Shown here piece by piece: positions 1-10,419 of a DNA stretch of 32,000 nt (the first letter of the stretch is position 1; every line of letters begins with the position of its first letter). Source of the DNA: Trichodesmium erythraeum IMS101 (GTDB lineage Bacteria > Cyanobacteriota > Cyanobacteriia > Cyanobacteriales > Microcoleaceae). Both the position numbers and the translations under genes were made by a program. The stretch is taken from assembly GCF_000014265.1 (NCBI RefSeq), contig NC_008312.1, forward strand, positions 1,470,001 through 1,502,000, read 5' to 3'. A model generated the notes under the pieces. That model was given only the letters and a program-made list of their open reading frames with translations, did no database searches and was not told the DNA's origin.

Positions 1-250
1 TTTTTGTACTGTGACTCGATTGCGTCCTAACATTATCGCAATTTCTTTTACTGTTTCTACTGTTTGAGTTTTCAACCAGTAAATAGTTTGAAGTCTTTCC
101 TTTTCTTGAGCTGTACTCGCACTTTTTAAAAGTTTTTTGAGAGTTTCTACCGATTCATTTATCTCAATTTTTACTACTCCTGACATGGGGACATTTTCTA
201 TAATAGGTTACTTCTAAAAGTGTAGCTTAAGTTTATGAAATTAGTATAAC
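1..250 (-). mobile_element. IS630-family insertion sequence, terminal about 250 bp with the 5' part of its transposase gene (ATG at 185-183; ORF continues off the window start)
   Basis: Reverse-strand translation from 185 reads MSGVVKIEINESVETLKKLLKSASTAQEKERLQTIYWLKTQTVETVKEIAIMLGRNRVTVQK. This is the helix-turn-helix N-terminus typical of cyanobacterial IS630/Tc1-like transposases. The same about 190 bp, including the non-coding terminus, recurs in degenerate form at 31790-31975, which shows it is a repeated mobile sequence. Confidence 0.6.
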
Positions 251-1305
251 ATTTGCTATTTTCCATTTACCATTGTTAAATTCAAGAGTAAAGCGATAGG
301 TTTTCTTCCCATCCCGACTAGCACTCTCATCAATAACTCCATCAATGTAAAGTGTTGGACTTTCGTAAACTCCCACATCAATTGTTGCTTGTTTTGCTGA
401 TAATTGAAAATTGCCAACAAGCTCAACAACAGGTTTTTCATAAGTATAATATGCTCGATTTCTACTAAGCCAATTTATAGTCCTTCGAGTTTTTTCATAG
501 TAAGCACCAGTTGTATATTTTGATAAAAGTTGACGATTAGGAGAAGGACCTAAGACTTCACCTTTGATTTCTAACCAAGACCGAATCGCTTTAAGAGCAG
601 TTTCGGAGGTTAAAAGACTACTGTCAACAATTGAAAACCCCCTAAGAATAGGTGCATCATTGACAGGTTCAACTGTAATTTCCAAATTTTTTATATCTGT
701 TTTACTCTTTAAAGCACCAATAGGCCAAACAAATTCTTGCTCGTTAATAAAATCTTGTTTACCAAAGTCTTGAACAAATATTTTTAGGCGATCGCTACCA
801 AAAAAGTTAGCATTACTTTCATACACAATTCCATTGTTACTCTTAAGAGTGTTGTTAACTTGGCTAGGAGTACCACAGAAAGTTACTGTATTATCGCTGC
901 TGTATTTAATCTTACGAAATGATACACCATTAAATACATTTTCATTAACAATTATTGTTCCATTGTCTGCACTCAATTTTAAACAAATGTTATCTCCGTC
1001 AGGATCTTTAACACTAATTCCTTTGATATTGAATTTTTGTCTTCTTTGGCAGTTTGGTTTTCTGGAACAGTAAGAATTGGAGGTTGATTAATGGAATTAA
1101 CGTTAACTATTCGATTAAGGGTATTACTACTTTTATTATCTCCATCACCATCAGTAATTTTGATTTCCAAGGTACGAGTACCATTTTTAGGATTATCTGA
1201 TATGTTTTGATAAACAATGTTTTTTACTGCGGTTTCAACAGCTTGAATGGTAGCATTAGAATTGAAAACAACTTTCAAAGGCTTAGTGCCAATGCCACCT
1301 GATTT
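233..1305 (-). pseudogene. 3' fragment of a large cadherin-like/VCBS-repeat surface protein with a C-terminal DUF4101 (ARC6 IMS-like) domain; frameshifted and 5'-truncated
   Basis: ORFs 979..1278 and 233..976 join into one protein if a 1-nt shift is allowed in the T5 run at 1034-1038. The joined reading is ...NQPPILTVPENQTAKEDK/KFNIKGISVKDPDGDNICLKLSADNGTIIVNENV.... Repeat ends of the NDAPIL/NQPPIL type are present. The C-terminus (IRSWLEIKGEVLGP...YYEKTRRTINWL...TYRFTLEFNNGKWKI) resembles DUF4101. The frame opens only at about 1305 after a stop, so the N-terminus is missing. The last few codons and the stop lie in the IS630-like terminus. Confidence 0.6.
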
Positions 1306-1754
1306 TTAATAGTACGATTCAAACTCTACATCAAAAAAGATGATCCTATATATTGTCAACAAGGATCATTGAATAAGAATGAATAAACTACCCTCATTAT
1401 TAATGATTTTAGTTAACTATCAATTCTTAATATCCGAAAAAATTATTGCTTAAAAAGGATTAGCAAATTATCTGAATTTTCCCGCATAAAAATGAATTAA
1501 ATATTGACAAAATAGCTATTTTTATACAATAAATAGAGGTCAATTTTGTTTTAGTTTATGGGAAATATTTGATGAATTTGCAGAATAATTCATAGCCCTG
1601 TGCCTTCAAAAACGGCTGAATTATTACGACTCTGTAGAATATCTGCAAACCTTTTGATTTCAGATTTTTAGTTTTGCCTATCACAGCTCTAGGAATTTTT
1701 TATTGTTAGTTTTATTTAATACTTAAATAGCCTTTAGGTATATATATGAGTAGA

Positions 1755-3389
1755 TTAATTATATTCTATTTTATGAGAATAAATATCAATATTCATTAAA
1801 TCAATCTCTAGTTTAATAGAAAGATTAATAAGATTTTCTTTGCCATAACCACATGGTAAAATTTCGTTACTTTCTAGCTTATTTAGGATTAATAATAATT
1901 GTTTTTTGAGGGTTTTATCAGAACTAAATATTTTACTTAGTTGTCTAGCAATTGGTTCAATAATTAACTTATTTTGTCGTTCTTTAATAGAGGAGTTTTC
2001 AGTAGTTATGATTAAGGAATGAGTAACAAATAAGTTTAAGTTAGTAGTAATTAATTCACCAATAACTTCTTCAATTAGGTAGTTAAGAATGTACTCCATT
2101 ACTAGAGGTTCAACTGTATACATACTTAATTTTTTCTTGACTATGGAGCGCCAGATGAGAGCTTCTAAGCTTTCCAGGAGATTAACTTTAGAAATTGCTG
2201 GCACAATATCAGTTTCTAATTTTTGTACACTAGTCCAGTCTTGGTTAACTGCTAACCAAACCATAATTTTTTTTTCTAGTTCTGAAAGACGATGAAAGTG
2301 TTGGTCGAGGAGTCGGCGAATACCATTGAAGGTAGTAGTATTATGTTGGAGAAATTCTTTTAGGTCTCCATCGAATAAGTCTTTGATAGAGGTAGTGACT
2401 ATTTTTAATGCTAGGGGACTATAGCCATAATATTCGCTAAGTTGTTGTTTTTGTGCTTCTGAACCTGATATTTCTCTAGTTTCTAGTAAGGCTTTAGCTA
2501 TTTCTTTTGATCCAAATAGTTGCAAAGATCGTACTGCTGTATCTATACTTTCAAGGGCTGCTACTTCTGGGAGTTTTTCTCTACTGGTGAGAATAAGACA
2601 GCTAGAGTGAGATGTTTCGCTGATTAACTGAAATAATTGACTATAGTTTTCATAACCAGAGCGGTAATAACCTGTACATCCAGCTTTTAAAATAGTTTCG
2701 ACACTATCTAAAATTATTAGACAGCGTGACTGGCGTAAGTATTCAAGAAGTTTGCTTAGTTCTCCTTGAGTACATTTTTGGTGAGAGAAAAACGAGATCA
2801 GTTCTCTCAGCATTATTTTTAGTGGTGGAGAGTGGCGCAGCGATCGCCAAATTATATAGTCAAATTCACTTTGTAGTTGTGTAGCAACTTTTGCTGCTAC
2901 CGCTGTTTTACCGATACCACCCATACCAAGTAGGGCTATCAAGCGACAACCATCTGCGATAATATACTTTTGCAGTTGATTGAGTTCTTGAGAGCGTCCG
3001 TAAAAAACAGAAACATCTATAGCTTCTCCCCAATCAATTACTTTTGATTTATATACTATTTTATTTGTTTCACAAGAAGACAGGGAAGTTAGATGCTGTT
3101 GAGTATTTAGCTCGGTTTTGGCAATAAATGATTTCTGAATGCCAAATTTTTGTCTCAGCAGAGCGCGAAAATTTTTCTTGGTTACTTTTTCGTCTAAGAC
3201 ATTAGAAATACTTTGCCATAAGTTAGCAGCTACTCCTTTAATGTAGTCTGGATCATAACCTGCTTGCTCGGCAATTTCAGAATATCCTTTATCTTCCCAG
3301 GCTTGAGAAAATACCATTTTTTTTACAGCGTTTAAGGAGCCTGGAGGTAGAACTGTCTCCAGAACTTCCAATGCTTCTTCGACTTTCAT
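1755..3389 (-). CDS. NB-ARC/STAND P-loop NTPase with an N-terminal helical (vWA-MoxR-associated N-terminal-like) domain; C-terminal repeat sensor missing, so probably a truncated gene
   Basis: Walker A GMGGIGKT lies at 2904-2927 (reverse strand) and Walker B is CLIILDSVE. The N-terminus MKVEEALEVLETVLPPGSLNAVKKMVFSQAWEDKGYSEIAEQAGYDPDYIKGVAANLWQSISNVLDEKVTKKNF matches the domain commonly fused to cyanobacterial NB-ARC-WD40/TPR proteins. The likely start is M42 of the listed ORF (ATG at 3389-3387). The protein ends in GYGKENLINLSIKLEIDLMNIDIYSHKIEY, which is where homologues continue into WD40/TPR arrays. Weak out-of-frame remnants (RFADILQSRNNSAVFEGTGL, about 1590-1650) follow the stop. Confidence 0.72.
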   Translation of the reverse strand: MKVEEALEVLETVLPPGSLNAVKKMVFSQAWEDKGYSEIAEQAGYDPDYIKGVAANLWQSISNVLDEKVTKKNFRALLRQKFGIQKSFIAKTELNTQQHLTSLSSCETNKIVYKSKVIDWGEAIDVSVFYGRSQELNQLQKYIIADGCRLIALLGMGGIGKTAVAAKVATQLQSEFDYIIWRSLRHSPPLKIMLRELISFFSHQKCTQGELSKLLEYLRQSRCLIILDSVETILKAGCTGYYRSGYENYSQLFQLISETSHSSCLILTSREKLPEVAALESIDTAVRSLQLFGSKEIAKALLETREISGSEAQKQQLSEYYGYSPLALKIVTTSIKDLFDGDLKEFLQHNTTTFNGIRRLLDQHFHRLSELEKKIMVWLAVNQDWTSVQKLETDIVPAISKVNLLESLEALIWRSIVKKKLSMYTVEPLVMEYILNYLIEEVIGELITTNLNLFVTHSLIITTENSSIKERQNKLIIEPIARQLSKIFSSDKTLKKQLLLILNKLESNEILPCGYGKENLINLSIKLEIDLMNIDIYSHKIEYN

Positions 3390-3904
3390 TTTACTTAATA
3401 TTTTGATATATTTTGAACTTACCCAAGGGCGGGCCCTCTTTCTCAGATAAATCATTGTTTTTAATAATAGATATCTACGAAAAAAATCTGGTTTTTGGCT
3501 TCGCCTGCACAAGTCCTTATATTTTAAATTATATATAAATTGATGTAATTTTACTGTTACTTATGATGCTATTTTATTTGATAATAAAGTAAGAATACTT
3601 AATTAATTTGTTGTGGCTTTAATATTTTTTTGACTCATAAATTACGCACAGACAGTAAATGTAGCGCATCTTAATTTCAGGGTTTGTTGATGCAAAGTTT
3701 CAGCAACGTTATGATTTTTTTGAGTTATCGAGCAGTATTTTGATTCTATCTCTATCCATAAAAAGTTAAATAACTGTCATTTTCATTGCAGGATATTTGA
3801 GTTAAAATAGAGTTATATTTAAATTATAATTAATATTTTAGTTGCGCAATAGTTTTTCCGATAAATTATTTTCAAATTATTCCATGCCAACATGGAGTAA
3901 GTAA

Positions 3905-4042
3905 TATAGCAATCCTAAATAGGTCACAACACATAAAAAACGAGAAATAAATTATGAAACTCTTGCCTATTATTCATTGCTTATACCCCACTCCTGAAAA
4001 ACACTAGAATTTTTGTACACAAATAAAAATAGGATTGCTATA
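3905..4042. mobile_element. MITE-like 134-bp derivative of the IS630 element at 11349-12465, flanked by TA/TA
   Basis: Termini are TAGCAATCCTAAATAGGTCACAAC (3907-) and ATAGGATTGCTA (-4040). These are inverted copies of the IS630 termini TAGCAATCCCATATTGGTCGCAAC and TTAGGATTGCTA. TA dinucleotides lie at 3905-3906 and 4041-4042. There is no coding capacity between the ends. Confidence 0.6.
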
Positions 4043-4631
4043 TAATTTTTTTAAATTTTTGCTTGACCACATTGGCAAAATTATATTCCTGTTAACTGCT
4101 TAATTGTGGTATTAAATTCTTAGATTTTTTTGAAGAGGTTTATTAGACATCTCCAAAATAAAAATTATGGTATAACTTTAATAAAAAATTTGTCAAAACT
4201 ATAGACTAAAATCAGTTTATTTTCTCTGATATATTCGTCTCTAATATAAATATCCCTGCTTGAATTTTGGGCGCAATGATAATTTATACTCTTATTTCTA
4301 CCTGACCTTTAACTTGATATTTTATTTTATTTGGTTTGGCCAATTTATTTAGTCCCCCTAGTGTTTGATATTTCCCCTTTTCTATGTACTCAATTTCTGG
4401 GATTTGGTAAAGTGTGTAATTTATTTTGTTTATCAACTTACAGTCACGATAGAAGCAACAGGGAAAGAAAAATAAAATCAAAAAAGATGACTGAAAATAA
4501 ATTTAGTCTATTTTATTAGAAAAATTTTGATTGATTGACTAATACCTTTAAAAAATCTCCCCAGAATAGTTTAATTTTTTATGAAACTATGAGGTAGTTA
4601 ATTCTAAAAACAGCAAAATTGTTATTAATTA

Positions 4632-7600
4632 TTATTGTATTTGAAAAACCTCCTGAAGTGCTTCATCAAGAGTAGGCTTCATAACAACTCGGTTTTTATA
4701 AGAAACAATTACTCTTCTTAAAGTTGGCAAACTATTTTGCTCTGCTTCTAAATAAATAGGCTCAACATAAATCAGAGATTCATTAATTGGAATTACTAAT
4801 AAATTCCCTTTAATTGCTTTTGAACCTTGACGATTCCAAAGAGAAATTTGCTGGGATATTTCTGGGTCTTGATTAATCAAAGCTTCAATTTGTTCTATAC
4901 CATATATTAATCGTTGTTTAGGGAATTGATATAACAGTAACTTACCATAATTTTCCCCATCCGATCTTGCTGCTAACCAAGCAATTAAATTATTACGACT
5001 TGCTGGAGTATAAGGTAGAAGTAAAATGAATTCTTCTGAAGTTTCTGTTGGTAATTGTGTGATTAGATAATAAGGTTTGACTTTTTGTTGTTGAGCCCCA
5101 TAAATCTCAATTGGAACCCGCCACAAGTCTTCCCGATTATAAAATACACGAGGGTCATCCATATGATAAGTTGACAAAACTTCAGATTGTACTTGAAATA
5201 AATCTAGTGGATAGCGGATATGAGTATAAAGACTAGTTGGCATTTCTTCAATGGAATTAAACATATCTGAAAATGCTTTTTTCCAGGTTCTAATAATAGG
5301 GTCTTTTGGGTCAGCAACATAGAATTTTACTGAACCATTATAGGCATCAATTACAACTTTTACTGAATTACGAATATAGTTAAACTCATTATTTTCTGGG
5401 TCAGAATAAGGGTAGTGATTAGTCGTAGTATAAGCATCAATAATCCAGTATAGATAATTAGGATTTTTTTGATTCATATTTTTATGACCAAAGTTAGGGT
5501 CAGCCACCACTAAATAAGGGTCATGATCATAACGTAGAAATGGAGCTATACTTCGGACTCTAGCATTAATATTACGACGATATAATAGTTTTGTTTCAGG
5601 TATAAATTCATTAGTTAATAACATTTTCCAGTCTTTAAGATATTTAGCAAATATCCATCTTTGCCACCCTTGACCAATAACAATTCCTCCACTTCCATCA
5701 TAAGTGTTATAAGAGTTCGCTTCTCCACTAGGGTAATCTAATTCTTTATTTCTTTGTGCAGTAGAAGTCATAATATTAGTATTAGTAAGTTCTCCATAAT
5801 AAATTCTCGGTTTACCGATGGGAATGCTGTCTCTAATCCTGTTTAATACTTCTAAAGTGCTATTCTTTTCCAAAGTAGGATCTGGCCCAATATTTTTCAC
5901 AAAATATTCTGGTAATCCATTTTTTTCAACTTGATTAATTGGAGAAAGAGTAAAACCATAGCCATGAGTATAAACTAAATGTTCATTGACCCAAGTCTGT
6001 GCTGGCTGAGGTACAGATTCGTAGTTTAGTTCTCTAGCAGCTATAATTACTTGTTGTTTTTTAGTAAGATTATTTTTTGTTCTTTCTGACTCTTTTTTCA
6101 GAAATGTATAACGATCAATATCAGCATTTATAAATTCATAGTAGGGTCTAATTTGTTGCAATTGACGATTCGTTTGTAAAATTGGTCTTGTATCCCAAAG
6201 ACGAATATTCTCAATGATTAACTTATTATTTATTAAGTCATCATAGGTAAGCTCATTATTTGGGTCGAATAATTCTACTTCTAATTTATCTACATCAATA
6301 TAAGCTTCTTTAGTAAAGGTAATGCTACGTTTAATATAAGGAATTTCTCGTTCTATCTCATTAGGTTGGACAATTGCCATTTGTACAATTTTTGGTATTA
6401 ACCAACCAGCAATTACTGCTATTATTAAATACCATGTCAAAATTGCTCTTAATGAATAGCTATTAGCGAATAGTTTAGCAATAACTTTTTTCTTTCTTTT
6501 TCTCTTACGACCTAAACGTAAAAACCACAAACTTGCCTCAATATAAGACTGAATACTTTTGACTGAAAAAATTGCTTGCCAAAATAGAAAAAATGCAATT
6601 AGTAACGCCAAAATCCCTAAAAATACATATGCTGGAAGCTGAACTTTTATATCGGTATAACCGGCACCATAAACTACACCACGGCGAGAGTAAAGTAACT
6701 CAAAACAGGCTATAAAGTAACTAAATGCTATGGTTAATATAAAACCTCCACCTAAACCGTGAAGATGCTTTTCTTGCTGTTGAGAAAATTGATAAAAATT
6801 TCCTTGGCTTAAACTTTTTCCTGATAATAAATATATCAAAATACAAGCAACAAATCCATATAGAAATAATCCAATTAACCAAAATCTTAATAGCTCTAAA
6901 ACGGGGAGTTGAAAAACATAAAAGCTTATATCTATATGAAATAAATCTTCACTTTTATTAAAGGGAGTCCCATGCAACAGCTGTAATATATTTGCCCAAT
7001 GGCTGGAAAGAATAAAGCTAAAAACTAAACTGAGAACTACTGCAAATACACTTAACCAGAGTATAGGATTAATAATTATAGCAAAAGATAATAGAAGAAA
7101 TAATCCTAATAACCACAAATTAGATAGTATTGAGGTGAGTATTTTACAAATTGATTCGATGTTAAATTCTGATGGGATTTGAGGAGATACATTAGCAACT
7201 GTTAAATCAGGATACAAGTAATTAGTAAATACGTCAATATAATGGGTTAAAATTAATCCTACTAATAAAATTAATCCAAATATACAACATAACAACCAGC
7301 TTAGACTTAGTGACGGCTCAATTCGTAGTTTACTTGACGGTATAGTAACTGGGGGAATTAGCATAATTTCTTCAGATCTTTCAGTTATCCGAACTTGTTT
7401 TTTTGAATATTTAAAAAAGCTGGCTAATCTCAAATTCACTAAAAAAAAGCCCATACTAATTAAAAATGTTGTTATCCAAAGCCAAGTTTCTGTTTGCAGT
7501 TTATTTATTAATACAGGCAAATAATTCAGCTCTTGAAACCATAAAAAATCAGCTAATATATTAGTTGAAAATCCAAGTATTTCCCAGCATACAAATGAAA

Positions 7601-7691
7601 AAAATAATATTATTAATATATGTATTGATTTGATTCTTTTAAATGCTTTAATCAACCTACATTTTAATTGATAAATAATATGTATTTTCAT
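4632..7691 (-). CDS. UPF0182 family integral membrane protein (COG1615-like)
   Basis: An uninterrupted 1019-aa ORF. The N-terminal third is strongly hydrophobic with multiple TM segments. The large C-terminal region carries motifs I recognise from UPF0182 proteins (NIRLWDTRPILQTNRQLQQIRPYYEF, DIDRY, HGYGF, YWIIDAYTTTNHYPYS, LIYVEPIYL). Confidence 0.85.
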   Translation of the reverse strand: MKIHIIYQLKCRLIKAFKRIKSIHILIILFFSFVCWEILGFSTNILADFLWFQELNYLPVLINKLQTETWLWITTFLISMGFFLVNLRLASFFKYSKKQVRITERSEEIMLIPPVTIPSSKLRIEPSLSLSWLLCCIFGLILLVGLILTHYIDVFTNYLYPDLTVANVSPQIPSEFNIESICKILTSILSNLWLLGLFLLLSFAIIINPILWLSVFAVVLSLVFSFILSSHWANILQLLHGTPFNKSEDLFHIDISFYVFQLPVLELLRFWLIGLFLYGFVACILIYLLSGKSLSQGNFYQFSQQQEKHLHGLGGGFILTIAFSYFIACFELLYSRRGVVYGAGYTDIKVQLPAYVFLGILALLIAFFLFWQAIFSVKSIQSYIEASLWFLRLGRKRKRKKKVIAKLFANSYSLRAILTWYLIIAVIAGWLIPKIVQMAIVQPNEIEREIPYIKRSITFTKEAYIDVDKLEVELFDPNNELTYDDLINNKLIIENIRLWDTRPILQTNRQLQQIRPYYEFINADIDRYTFLKKESERTKNNLTKKQQVIIAARELNYESVPQPAQTWVNEHLVYTHGYGFTLSPINQVEKNGLPEYFVKNIGPDPTLEKNSTLEVLNRIRDSIPIGKPRIYYGELTNTNIMTSTAQRNKELDYPSGEANSYNTYDGSGGIVIGQGWQRWIFAKYLKDWKMLLTNEFIPETKLLYRRNINARVRSIAPFLRYDHDPYLVVADPNFGHKNMNQKNPNYLYWIIDAYTTTNHYPYSDPENNEFNYIRNSVKVVIDAYNGSVKFYVADPKDPIIRTWKKAFSDMFNSIEEMPTSLYTHIRYPLDLFQVQSEVLSTYHMDDPRVFYNREDLWRVPIEIYGAQQQKVKPYYLITQLPTETSEEFILLLPYTPASRNNLIAWLAARSDGENYGKLLLYQFPKQRLIYGIEQIEALINQDPEISQQISLWNRQGSKAIKGNLLVIPINESLIYVEPIYLEAEQNSLPTLRRVIVSYKNRVVMKPTLDEALQEVFQIQ

Positions 7692-7826
7692 TTATTTTGT
7701 TTTATATTAGTTAATTATTTGAGTTTTTTGAAACTTGATTCAAAGTATGAAGTACAAACATTAACGATCAAACTTTTGTAGTGAGGATATCTGGCAGGCC
7801 ACAACGCAATAATCGTCCTTCATAAT

Positions 7827-8992
7827 TTATGGTTTGATGGTAGGAATGCCAATTTTTGACTCGGAACTTAACTTTAAATAACTACCTGATCCTTACTTTG
7901 AATAACCTTGAATACTTTCTACAATTCCTATTACTAAAGTTTTAACAATAGACAAACCGAAACCTAATCTACTGTTAGCATAATTTTTGACCTTATATCC
8001 TCAGTAAAAAAAGTTGGATATCTTACCTTGTTGCGACAAATAAGTACCTTTAGCTTGGTCACAAACGTGAATTACTGCTTCATTATTTTGTTGATATAAA
8101 TTTAATATAATATAATAATCTTTGTCAGAATATCTTACATAATTTAATTGTGAATAAAATTCAATAATACCTACTTTAAAATATTAGAGTTTATTATAAA
8201 TTTAATTAATCATAAACTTCTATATTTACAGATATATCTTACCTTGACTTGAGGTTTTTGTATTTAAAACTCAAGCTACTACCAATATTATTATCATCTA
8301 AATTAGTATCATAATATGCTTTATTATACTTTTCAATATTGTTTTGCCATTTTTACTATTTATGCCACAAAATTATTCATAATTAGTAATTCTAAATAAA
8401 GGTGTATTTGGCCAATATCTAGATGGTCATTAAGTCCAATAAATATTTTCAAAACTTAATCCTAAGTTCTGCTTTCTCATAAGCTAATAACGTTGATTTT
8501 TTCTAAGTTATTGTCAAATTATTTTCCCTTATGAGGATACATTGTAAATACCCATAAATAATAGTTAAAGGAGCTCTTAATTTATGGGAAACATTACTGA
8601 TAAACTACCTTTGGTATTTCCCAAAATCAGATAATTAGTCCAACATCATTTTCAACGTTTTGGCCAATTTTTTTAATTCATTAGGAGCAGCTTTAAAATA
8701 AACTGTTGCTTGATCTAGACATTCAGCATTAAGATGATCAGTAAATTGACTAATCTGGGGTAGAGAAATAAGGGAATGTTAAATATAAATAGTGATAGAA
8801 ACTGTTATACCAATTGTTGCCAAGATACTAACTACACTTAAACTGATCACCATTGTCACTAATATCTTTTGAACGAGGATAATGTCTAAATAAACGTAAA
8901 GTTTACGGATAGTTATATCATTAACTACTACAGAATCAACATATAAAAAAGTCCCATCTACTAATTAGATATACTAAGAATTTTAGTCGCAT
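7827..8992 (-). pseudogene. Sensor histidine kinase (TM-HAMP-HisKA-HATPase_c), multiply disrupted
   Basis: Reverse-strand translation across stops gives these parts. N-terminus: MRLKFLVYLISRW (ATG 8992-8990). TM segment: QKILVTMVISLSVVSILATIGITV. HAMP-like: APNELKKLAKT. H-box: FISNVSHKLRAPLTIIYGYLQ (about 8570-8635). HATPase_c: ILNLYQQNNEAVIHVCDQAKG...NFFY*GYKVKNYANSRLGFGLSIVKTLVIGIVESIQGYSK*GSGSYLKLSS, ending at stop 7827-7829. Several in-frame stops and frameshifts are present. Confidence 0.7.
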
Positions 8993-9049
8993 CTTAGCTA
9001 GATATTTGAAAATAAAAAAGAAAGCTTTCAGTATTATTATGCAAACTTG

Positions 9050-9325
9050 CTGATGCAACCAGAAGATCTCTACTCTGACTCTTGACTCAAAGGAATAAAT
9101 TGGCCATTGTTAAATTATCAATTGCCTTCTCTAAGGTATTGTTGGTGTACCAAGTTTTCTTAATACATTTCAACATTTTTGGAAAAATGTTTAGTTATCT
9201 CCTCAATATTACAAGGCTTTCCGTTGTTTAATGGTACAGCTACGAGAGCAAGTTACCATCACTACATCATTCTCGTTATTTACTCTGTACATAATTTGTC
9301 CGAAATCTGCTGTATGCTAGTAACT
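9050..9325 (+). mobile_element. 3' remnant of an IS4-superfamily DDE transposase element; same family as 17786-18245 but in opposite orientation
   Basis: 9216-9325 aligns at roughly 80% identity by eye to the reverse complement of 17841-17950 (shared ...GTTACCATCACTACAT...TATTTACTCTGTA...CCGAAAT.TGCTGTA). Weaker similarity with indels extends back to about 9050. Confidence 0.45.
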
Positions 9326-9334
9326 GACTATCAG

Positions 9335-9760
9335 TAGTTACTGCATCTTTAAATTTGCCCACAAAGCTATACTGCCTATTTCTAATACTGAAAATACTAC
9401 AGTACCTATTGTGAGACTTTTTCGTAAACACGATGGAGCAAATTTGTATTGACCAAATCCCAAATTATTTGGCCATTTAACTATTTAACTATAAGCTTCA
9501 TTTTGCTTTTTGTTGCTAAAAAATACTTGAATAATAACTGTCATTAACTTAGCTATTGCTCCTGAGAAAAGCCTGATAATTAATTAGATAAGTAGGTAGC
9601 CATGAAAAAACTTAGCTATATTAAGATTTGTATACTGACTTCAAGCTTCTCTACAGAGTTGATTAGAAAACTCTTTGACGCAATAAAAATTTGCTCTTGC
9701 TCAAAAGGTTATGAAAATAAAAACAATTAATACAGTTTTAAATAGTGTTTTTTATATTTT
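9335..9760 (-). pseudogene. Possible OmpR-type response regulator remnant upstream of the dead kinase
   Basis: Noisy reverse-strand translation shows PFEQEQIFIASKS (compare KPFdxeELlARirALLRR) and a winged-helix-like stretch IWDLVNTNLLHRVYEKVSQ..RNRQYSFVGKFKDAV. Its position directly upstream of a kinase pseudogene fits a two-component operon. It is heavily degraded, so this is a low-confidence call. Confidence 0.3.
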
Positions 9761-10419
9761 ACAGCCATTTTGAGTTATTTATTAACATGATCGTGCCTCA
9801 CGTTTTTTTGTCAGTATATGGATCATAAATACAATAATTTATTACCCACCAATTGTTCACTTTAAGAACAAAACACACATAGTTAACTACTACTATACCT
9901 CTAATTAGGGCTGGCTAATTAATTCTCAAAGTATTAACACAAATTATAGTGTAGCCAAATTTTGTATCAGCACAAAAAGTACCATAATTTTGGGAGCTTA
10001 AGCTAATGTATAGATAAAATTTTGGGCATATCTAGGCTGAAAAATCAGGAGGCAATTCTTAGTACACTAAACCTGGTAACTTTGCTATTTATCTATGCTT
10101 CCATGCTTAGGTACTTTACGGCAAAAAAAACTCAACCTATTAGAAAATAGATGTACTAACCCTAATTACTTGATGTTCATTACTGCTATACTGCTGACAA
10201 ACAATTACCTCAATTAGAGGAGCGACCTTATCAATTTTATCTACAGATTTTTTTTAATAACTGTGTTATAATTATTAATGTTGTAAGTATCTTTCTATAT
10301 CAAGTTTAATTTATTTAAAAACATTTTTCCATAAATTGATAGAGCTTAAAGTTGCTTTTTCAATAACAATTAATTGGGGTTTGCTCAAAATTAATGATAA
10401 ATGTTTTAGAATTGAAAAC

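Noticed and set aside
256-1073. Listed ORFs 256..441(-), 564..773(+), 834..1073(+)
   Set aside because: They overlap the adhesin-like pseudogene in other frames or on the other strand. They have no recognisable motifs and look like shadow ORFs.
2089-2295. ORF 2089..2295(+)
   Set aside because: It is antisense inside the NB-ARC gene and looks like a shadow ORF.
3390-3512. N-terminal 41-aa extension of the NB-ARC ORF (MCRRSQKPDFFRRYLLLKTMIYLRK...)
   Set aside because: It is a basic, low-complexity read-through of the upstream AT-rich region. The conserved N-terminal domain starts at MKVEEALEVLE (ATG 3389-3387).
4284-4519. Two mutually overlapping ORFs 4284..4481(-) and 4331..4519(+)
   Set aside because: They lie in AT-rich intergenic sequence, overlap each other on opposite strands and show no motifs or plausible translation signals.
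7790-7815. GGCAGGCCACAACGCAATAAT (7794-) and GGGCAAGATGCCTGCATTACAATAAC (19796-) as members of a Nostocales small dispersed repeat family
   Set aside because: There are only two loosely similar copies in the window. I cannot establish a repeat family from this sequence alone.
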